Position numbers and translations under genes: made by a program
Shown: positions 57,043 through 64,000 of the stretch, one piece after another
Layout of the letters: every line of letters begins with the position of its first letter
How positions within the stretch are numbered: position 1 is the first letter of the stretch
Origin: a virus
Taxonomy: Duplodnaviria; Caudoviricetes
Reading direction: 5' to 3' (one strand)
Length of the DNA stretch: 64,000 nucleotides
Virus record (IMG/VR): IMGVR_UViG_3300021255_005860
Location: 1-64,000 of that record
The notes under the pieces: generated by a model
Told to the model about the DNA's origin: nothing
Seen by the model: the letters and a program-made list of their open reading frames with translations, nothing else
Databases searched by the model: none

Positions 57043-59973
57043 CTAAACACTTACAGATGTAGTATCCTGGTTATCGTCAAGTGAGATAAATGTAATATCC
57101 AGTGCTTTCTCCAGTGAGAGAACATTGTCATTATTTAACACCAATTGACGTTTTAACGATGGCTGCGCATCTTCGTCCACTATGACGAAGGTTTGAGTGG
57201 TATGATCTCCATTGATTCCTAAAAGGTCGAAGTGGTCAATGTAGTCTATAAGTTTAGACTTGACTTCTTCAAACACATCCAGCATCGAGATCTCTTTAGT
57301 CCTGATGGCACTCTCAATTGCATCACAGGTCTTAGCCACTATCGTCTCTTGTATCGTAGTATCTTTCTTGATGTAAGATGGAACATAGCAAACTATCTTA
57401 AAGTCCATCTCTACATTCTGTTTAGATACTACACCATCACCAAAATTAAATCTAGCAGTACCAGTGGATCTTACGCACTTAAAATATACATAAGTACGTT
57501 CTAGTAACTGATCTTGTAGATTACGTACTACATCAAAATAAGATTCAATGGTATCGTAGAGATTATCTATAAAGGAAGTCTGTGCATTACGCTCTGAGGC
57601 GAATACTTTAGCATCTACTAGCATCATATCGATGTAGTATAACTTCTCTCTGTCTACTGCTACGATAGGCTCTCCATTGGTATCGTATTTGATATCACCA
57701 ACTTTATGAGCATACACGATATTGCCGTTACTATCTTTGACTACATCACCTGCTTTATGAGTTAAAGTAAGTTCCATAGTACCATCTTCATTGACAGTAA
57801 CCTTATAAGCACCCGTCTCATCACGAGCATACTCATCTTTCTCGTAGTACATAGGAACATCTACTTCATACTTAGCATAAGTCTTAGGAGAGATAGAAGT
57901 TTCTATATCGTTACGAATTACATCTTCAAGCGAGTAACCAAGCTCTACTGTTACATACTGACGAGATAATGCTACATAGGTCTCAAGATAAGCTGCAGGT
58001 AGTCCTTCTACTACAGTAGCATCAGCATCTTCATACGATTCACCAGCCGAAGTTCTCTTTACTAAGTAGATCACATGGAACTCTGAGGTAAGATCGATCA
58101 AATGCTCAGATAAGATAATAGTCTCATTTTGTAGATTAGTAACTGCTATTCTACCCTCCTCAGTTAGGAGGTAGTTAGTTGCTATGTGTAAGTTGTAGAT
58201 AGTACGCTCATTGGTACTGGTAAGATAAGTTGCCTCACCACCGATCCAATAGTTATCTTTAGTCTTTACACATACGTAGACTAAGATCTCAGACTCAGCT
58301 ATATTAGCAAAGTCATCTGACTTATACACAGAGAATCTTAAATCATATCCGCCTGCGCCTTCATCGGCATGCTGAATCAAAGCTTCATAGGCTACCATCT
58401 TTAAAGCTATGTTGTAATTCTCAGCTTTAAAGATAAGTTGTTTGATCTCAGGGTTCATCAAGTTATAAGAAATAGCTTTAGGATATTGCCCTGAGATATC
58501 CAGCCTTGTGTGAAATAATCCTTTGAAGTATTGACCTTCATTTAAAGCTGCCGCATACGCCTCTTTACCTAGATCTACTAATGCTTGTACATCCGACATT
58601 TTCATCGGCAGTACATCATCTGTATCTTTATTATACTGATACACAGTAGTAGGCAGAATAGTGTAGCTATCATCACTTTGCTTTATGAAAGATTCATAAG
58701 AGGAAATATTAGATCCTAAGATACGCAGGAGCGCACTCTTAGATGGAATGATGTTTCCTGCCCCATCTTCTAAGGTTCTGTAGGCGTAGTAGATACGATC
58801 AGTAACGTTATCTAGAGCCTTCTTCACATAGAAGTTATGATCCTCAAAATAATCCGAGATCTCAGCTTCAGTGATAGGTACTTTGTCATATAACCTATCG
58901 TTGACTACTCGATCACGTAAAGTTGCAAATGGTATCTCATTAGAACCACCAGTGATCTTAGCAGATGACACTTTAATGATATTGTCAAATGGCAGATTCT
59001 GTAAAATCTCAGAGAACTTAGTAGTATCTTTAGAATCAATATTGTAATTGATCATTATAGTTGAGCTATCAATATTAGTAGTATCGATATCAAGCTCACC
59101 CATAGTGGTATAGATCTCTAAGTATAACTTAGTTCCTATGATGTCATTATCTAAATATGCCTGAGGAATAGTTAGTTTTAACTTCTGCTCATCTGGTAAC
59201 ACATTAAGCAAGATAGTAGGATTATAAACATCATAAACTATCTTAGATTGTGACTGTGATAACTCAGTATAAACACCATCTTTAATTGAAAATGCTCTTA
59301 GGGCATAGAACCTATTATTGTAGATAAACTTCTGTGAATAAGAAGTAGATGGAATAATAGTAGCGGTTACTATTTCCTTGGCAAATTGGTAGATAGGAAA
59401 TTCAATTAAGATATAATCAAGCCCACTGTAGGTAAAATCATATTTGTTGACTACATTACGAGTTAATGTATGCAATGGGTTAGAATAAGAAGTATCATAA
59501 ACTACCGTAAAGGTATTAGTATACTTATTAATTAAGATATCAATAGGATAATAAATACCATATCTGTATCTACCAATAGTAAAAACTGTATCTTTAGGAA
59601 TAGTTACTTTCTTATACTGATCGTTATACTCCAAGGCATTGGCTATGAAGTATTTCTTAGGGAAAGTTAACTGAATCGTTCCCTGCGATGGAGTTGCATA
59701 CATCTTCAGATAATCAAAATCTGACATGTGGTGCTCAAGATCTTCCATCGAAGTTGCTCTATGCGGATAGAGCTGTTCCATCTTAGCCATCATGCCTTGA
59801 ATAGCGGCAGCATTCCAAGATGCACCTGCCTCAAGCAAATGACAGGCAGGAGAGTTAGGATCAGCTATAACTGCATTGCCTCCTAACCTACTCTCTATTT
59901 CAGATAACGTAGCAGATGCTGCTGTAAGTGGATTTGACAATAACTCCACTACGTTAGTTTTATCCTCAAACAT
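57043..59973 (-). CDS. baseplate wedge-like virion protein (phiKZ gp87-like)
   Basis: 976 aa; DPNSP..HLLE, YP.RA....DL.HHMSD.DY, YTTMG, GGSN...F..LR.RV motifs. Confidence 0.75.
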   Translation of the reverse strand: MFEDKTNVVELLSNPLTAASATLSEIESRLGGNAVIADPNSPACHLLEAGASWNAAAIQGMMAKMEQLYPHRATSMEDLEHHMSDFDYLKMYATPSQGTIQLTFPKKYFIANALEYNDQYKKVTIPKDTVFTIGRYRYGIYYPIDILINKYTNTFTVVYDTSYSNPLHTLTRNVVNKYDFTYSGLDYILIEFPIYQFAKEIVTATIIPSTSYSQKFIYNNRFYALRAFSIKDGVYTELSQSQSKIVYDVYNPTILLNVLPDEQKLKLTIPQAYLDNDIIGTKLYLEIYTTMGELDIDTTNIDSSTIMINYNIDSKDTTKFSEILQNLPFDNIIKVSSAKITGGSNEIPFATLRDRVVNDRLYDKVPITEAEISDYFEDHNFYVKKALDNVTDRIYYAYRTLEDGAGNIIPSKSALLRILGSNISSYESFIKQSDDSYTILPTTVYQYNKDTDDVLPMKMSDVQALVDLGKEAYAAALNEGQYFKGLFHTRLDISGQYPKAISYNLMNPEIKQLIFKAENYNIALKMVAYEALIQHADEGAGGYDLRFSVYKSDDFANIAESEILVYVCVKTKDNYWIGGEATYLTSTNERTIYNLHIATNYLLTEEGRIAVTNLQNETIILSEHLIDLTSEFHVIYLVKRTSAGESYEDADATVVEGLPAAYLETYVALSRQYVTVELGYSLEDVIRNDIETSISPKTYAKYEVDVPMYYEKDEYARDETGAYKVTVNEDGTMELTLTHKAGDVVKDSNGNIVYAHKVGDIKYDTNGEPIVAVDREKLYYIDMMLVDAKVFASERNAQTSFIDNLYDTIESYFDVVRNLQDQLLERTYVYFKCVRSTGTARFNFGDGVVSKQNVEMDFKIVCYVPSYIKKDTTIQETIVAKTCDAIESAIRTKEISMLDVFEEVKSKLIDYIDHFDLLGINGDHTTQTFVIVDEDAQPSLKRQLVLNNDNVLSLEKALDITFISLDDNQDTTSVSV

Positions 59974-59986
59974 CTATAACTCCTAC

Positions 59987-61552
59987 CTATGATTTAATAG
60001 TATCGTTGACAGCATACTTATCTAAGCGATTTTTATAATCGGTGTTAGGAATACTGTAACCATCGACAGGTCTGTTGCGGCTAGGTATCTCACGCGCTGC
60101 GATCTGATCTTCTTCCATTATACCACCATACGACTGAGCAAATTGTGCTACAGCTGCTGCGATATCAGCATCTCTCTTAGCTGCAACTTCCATAGCCAAA
60201 TTACTCTGTGTCTCCTCACGTTCTTCTTTATTAGTAAGATCTACATTGTTATTCTCAGGATCATCAAAAGCGTAGTTATCAGAAGTACGCCACTGCATAA
60301 TAAGACCCTGAGTTGGAGTAGATACAATATAAGGAAGAGAGTTGAAGTTTTGGGTACTATCGTTGATTGGTACTGGTGTGAAAACAGATGAATTAATAGT
60401 AGGTTCATACCTACGTACTAAAGCATTAAAATCATACAAGATACCAGGATCATTAACTTCGATCTTATTACAAGCAAAGGGAATTGAGAACTTAGTTGCA
60501 GATTCTACAAAGGTAGAACCCTGGTCCATATTAAACAATCCACCAATAGGTACACTGATAGGGAAACACCCAGTAGCCTTAGCCCACCACAGAATATTTT
60601 CACGAGTCATATCAGTTATGAATCTATAAATAGAGACAGTGTAATTTAATCTTTGTTCATAGATGTCATCTGGATATGCTACTACCTGCCCTTTAGCTTG
60701 CAGTGCCATATATAAACACCAATAATAAAAGGTACTCATAATGATACTGCCTTGCACATCACGAAACTCAAGTGAGAGTTCCGTTGATGCATTATTCATA
60801 TCAGAACCTTTGACCCAAGTTTCATTGCCATTATGGAAGTCACCTTCATTACGATCAGTTTCCATTCTAAAATCAGGAAAACCCGAGATGCCCATAAGTC
60901 CATTACACAGAGGTACGAAGAAAGGGTTATTGATATCTATAAGCGGAGATTTAGCACAGTTCTCTCTAAACTCAGTAGCCTCAGGAGTTGTATAAGAAGT
61001 ATCTTGTACATTACCTAGATTCATCGAGATACCACGAGATAACTTAGTATCCAATAAAGCACGTATCATCGTAATAACTGAGTTTTCATTTGACGAGTAG
61101 AGAGTAGATAAAACCGGATGCTGATGCAAATTAGCACCGGTTAGATTTAATCTTGGACGAGTTATAAAAGTATAACCGTAGTTCAAAGTGTTTAAAGGAG
61201 TTATTACTGAGCCATGTCTATCAAGACGAGATAAAAATGACTGCATATTGTTCTGATAAGGTCCATGACCCATCAGAAGCGAAGTTTCCTTTAATACAAA
61301 ATCAGCATACTTCTTAAAGTTTTCAGAAGTAATGAAAGAACCATATTTTCTAGCATAACTGTGGCTAAAATCCTGAGCGTGCGTAACAGGATCTGGAGTC
61401 AGTGGAGCATAAGGGTCAGAAGTTGGGTTACTAGTAGTACTAGCAGTCGGTCTTTCTGGGTTCCCATAAGCTGCCAGCACCTTCTCTTCTTTATCTTTTT
61501 GACTCAGGCTCTGAGCATAAAGTTCTTCAAGCGCATTCAAGCTTACAGACAT
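59987..61552 (-). CDS. virion structural protein (phiKZ gp88-like, tube/baseplate-related)
   Basis: GYTFITRPRLNL, NPFFVPL.N...ISGFPD, YTVSIYRFI.D, TGCFP..VP.G motifs. Confidence 0.7.
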   Translation of the reverse strand: MSVSLNALEELYAQSLSQKDKEEKVLAAYGNPERPTASTTSNPTSDPYAPLTPDPVTHAQDFSHSYARKYGSFITSENFKKYADFVLKETSLLMGHGPYQNNMQSFLSRLDRHGSVITPLNTLNYGYTFITRPRLNLTGANLHQHPVLSTLYSSNENSVITMIRALLDTKLSRGISMNLGNVQDTSYTTPEATEFRENCAKSPLIDINNPFFVPLCNGLMGISGFPDFRMETDRNEGDFHNGNETWVKGSDMNNASTELSLEFRDVQGSIIMSTFYYWCLYMALQAKGQVVAYPDDIYEQRLNYTVSIYRFITDMTRENILWWAKATGCFPISVPIGGLFNMDQGSTFVESATKFSIPFACNKIEVNDPGILYDFNALVRRYEPTINSSVFTPVPINDSTQNFNSLPYIVSTPTQGLIMQWRTSDNYAFDDPENNNVDLTNKEEREETQSNLAMEVAAKRDADIAAAVAQFAQSYGGIMEEDQIAAREIPSRNRPVDGYSIPNTDYKNRLDKYAVNDTIKS

Positions 61553-61639
61553 AAATATTTCTCCCTTGTAAATGGAGTCATTTTATGGATCCGACCCCCG
61601 CAGTAGCGGGATTTTTTAACATGTTAAAGGTAAAAATTT

Positions 61640-63097
61640 ATGGCAAATGATGCTTTCACTTTAGCCGGTGTTGTAAATGCACTCGCCGGAGCTAAAGATA
61701 CTTATAGAAGTGATCACAGCGTGAGTTTATTCAAATATGCTAGACGTGCTATATTGACTTCGAGAGTATATATTGAAGAGAATTTATCAACCGATGAAAT
61801 TCTATCTCCACTGATGCAGAACATCATGAACCTGTATGTAGGTTTGATCTTAACTGCCTTAGGATTAGATCGTGCGATATCTGGCTCCAAAACTATTCGT
61901 GATAAGATTGATCTTGTTGGTACTGAAAGCTTTAAGATAGAAGAAGTCCAGGATTTGGTCGCAGCTGTAGAAGACTATTTTGGATTCTCGCCTAAGATGG
62001 CATCAGCTACCGTCAAAGATACTGCATCTACAACTACAGTAGATGAGAAAGTTGGGCGTAACACAACTAAGACTTCTAACAGAAATTCTGATACCAATGA
62101 ATTTAACGATACTATCACAGGTAAAATAATAGATACTCAAGGTAAAGAAGTTCCGCTACCTTGTGGAAGATTGATCCAAATTGATCTTGATACAGGTTCT
62201 TTAATCACAAATGAAACAAGCAATTCGCAGGAACGTGAAAGAGCTCGCTCATCCCGTCAGGCTGGATCATCAAAGTCTGAGAAAACTTATATAGAAGAAT
62301 ACGAAGTAACTAAGAAATATCTGGATGGTACTGAAGAGCCTTCTGTTAACCCTTCTGACACAGATCGTACTACTATTGTCAAAGAGTACAATCCGCAAGA
62401 TAGAGATAAACCAGCATACGACAGCAAAAAAGAAGAAACTTTAGGAATCTCCAGATCAAATGAAACTTATTCTTCCAATAAGACTTCAACTAAATTAACC
62501 TTAAATCTGTTCTTGCAGTTATCACCGATGTTTATCAACTCATCAGTTGCCAGACAATTCGTCGGATTAAACTTCCAAGCATCAAGAGCTATTCGTTGGC
62601 AGCAAGTTAAAGCAGGTGAGATCTCCTTTTTCAAAGATTTCCTTTTAGGTTGTGATATCGTCAGGAAACGTAACAAAGCTATCCTAGCAGATAAAACTGG
62701 TGCCTTACGTGACATGGTAGCCAAACAACAGTCAGCTGTAGCCAAGCACTGGGAAAAAGAAGCTTCCAATGCTGTCATGGGATCAGACTTTGATAAGAGA
62801 GCAAATATCGCTAATACTATTTTAATCTTTGAGAAACATTCCTTTGATCAGGCATGCTCAGCTACTGGTCTTAAATGGAATAATGAAGCTAACCGTCAGA
62901 GATTCTTCGATAGAACATATGCAATGATGCTATGTGTCGTCGATCCTATGTACGGTAAGGTCGAGATGTATTATAACGGTTTACCAGCATTCTCTGTCTG
63001 GAAGTATGACCAAGTCAAACGCAACGCTAAATCAGAGCAGATTGACCTTGGTGCTATCATGAAGAATTATGCAGCTAATATGGCACCTAAGTTTTAG
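61640..63097 (+). CDS. virion (head) protein, phiKZ gp89-like
   Basis: 485 aa; PCGRLI, RW...KAGEISFFKDFLLGCD, AN.ANTILI, VDPMY..V.MYYNG; GTES putative cleavage site. Confidence 0.65.
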   Translation: MANDAFTLAGVVNALAGAKDTYRSDHSVSLFKYARRAILTSRVYIEENLSTDEILSPLMQNIMNLYVGLILTALGLDRAISGSKTIRDKIDLVGTESFKIEEVQDLVAAVEDYFGFSPKMASATVKDTASTTTVDEKVGRNTTKTSNRNSDTNEFNDTITGKIIDTQGKEVPLPCGRLIQIDLDTGSLITNETSNSQERERARSSRQAGSSKSEKTYIEEYEVTKKYLDGTEEPSVNPSDTDRTTIVKEYNPQDRDKPAYDSKKEETLGISRSNETYSSNKTSTKLTLNLFLQLSPMFINSSVARQFVGLNFQASRAIRWQQVKAGEISFFKDFLLGCDIVRKRNKAILADKTGALRDMVAKQQSAVAKHWEKEASNAVMGSDFDKRANIANTILIFEKHSFDQACSATGLKWNNEANRQRFFDRTYAMMLCVVDPMYGKVEMYYNGLPAFSVWKYDQVKRNAKSEQIDLGAIMKNYAANMAPKF

Positions 63098-63116
63098 GTA
63101 AAGGAGATAGGACAAT

Positions 63117-64000
63117 ATGTCAGTTTTTGGTGATGTCATCGACAGCGTGATGAACAAGTTTAGGGCTCTCTCTAATGATCCTAAAACTAAGTCTATTGAT
63201 CGAGATGATCTACGTGATCTACTCGAGGACAATTTAGCTGTTCACAAATGTATACTTGAGGTTTTAACTGTTATCAAAGGTCCTCAGTTAAAGGATTGGA
63301 TGCAGAATAAAGTCGATCAGGCTATGCGTGAGGATACGAGTACTGGTAAAGATAGTTATACTCGTTATATAAGAAGTCTAACTGGTAAAGCTAAATCTTT
63401 AGAGATGAATGCTCCATTTGGCTCTTTAATCCAGGCTCACAAAAATTACATCGATCTTTTAAATGATGTATTAAAGAATTTAGATACTATTGTAGATAAG
63501 GAAACTATCACTATCTACAATGCTCGTATCTCTTTACTAGCACTACTGACAATTCTAAAGAAGTCGGATGTATTATCTAACTTTAGTGAATACCTCTTCT
63601 CCTATTTAGTAAGAGTCAGCTGCAGAACTCAGATGGAGATCCCTAAGTATCGTTTTAAATACTTAGAAGATCATGCTGATGAAGCGGCTCAGTTAGTATC
63701 CGATCTTATTGATCGTAAGAATGACTTTGATGTAGTAAATCAGATCGAACAATCTCGTCGTAAATTTGCTGATTTTGAATTCTCCCAAAATGGGCAGTTT
63801 ACCAAAGATAAAGCAGACTTTATCAAAGGACAAAAGAACCTCATCACTTTGGCAACCATCAGTGCTGTAGGTGTGGGTATCGCGGCTGCGATATCTTTAT
63901 TAGGTACTGTCTTTGGTGGTAACGTAGTAGCATTTATCTCTGACTGGAAACTCTCTCGTCATGAAAAACGTAAAGAGATGTTAGAATGGATGAGAACTCA
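63117..64000 (+). CDS. virion protein (3'-partial)
   Basis: AAGGAG then MSVFGDVIDSVMNKFRALS...; appears open to the window end. Confidence 0.75.
   Translation, partial: MSVFGDVIDSVMNKFRALSNDPKTKSIDRDDLRDLLEDNLAVHKCILEVLTVIKGPQLKDWMQNKVDQAMREDTSTGKDSYTRYIRSLTGKAKSLEMNAPFGSLIQAHKNYIDLLNDVLKNLDTIVDKETITIYNARISLLALLTILKKSDVLSNFSEYLFSYLVRVSCRTQMEIPKYRFKYLEDHADEAAQLVSDLIDRKNDFDVVNQIEQSRRKFADFEFSQNGQFTKDKADFIKGQKNLITLATISAVGVGIAAAISLLGTVFGGNVVAFISDWKLSRHEKRKEMLEWMRT

Noticed and set aside
1-64000. tRNA or rRNA genes
   Set aside because: No convincing cloverleaf or rRNA sequence recognised by eye; tRNAscan-SE would be needed to exclude them

Overview
64 kb of a phiKZ-like jumbo phage genome. The right two-thirds is a virion module: virion RNA polymerase beta-like (1905 aa) and beta'-like subunits (the latter split inside its catalytic DxDGD motif by a 292-nt group I intron), a 3625-aa tape-measure/peptidoglycan-hydrolase protein, and baseplate, tail and head proteins. 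The left third holds early genes behind phiKZ-type TATATTAC promoters, thyX, two HNH-family genes and an SMI1/KNR4 gene. The main unexplained structure is a library of about 42 start-codon-less cassettes of roughly 125-210 bp (4151-7162, 7602-9550, 10346-11984, 13578-14068, plus a solo copy at 30349-30483). Each encodes a different version of the C-terminal ligand-binding segment of a C-type-lectin-fold (DGR-target-like) protein (YH...GGxW...G(I/L)F...GS) between fixed DNA ends TATCAT and GGTTCTC-N2-4-ACTG. This looks like a silent-cassette diversification system for a receptor-binding protein. Neither the expressed target gene (predicted to end ...R(L/V)SK(N/D)*) nor a recombinase or RT is in this window. 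Two candidate structured ncRNAs lie at about 14.1-14.5 kb (minus strand) and 14.97-15.53 kb (plus strand, anti-Shine-Dalgarno loops). Homology calls come from motif recognition and gene order, not database searches.
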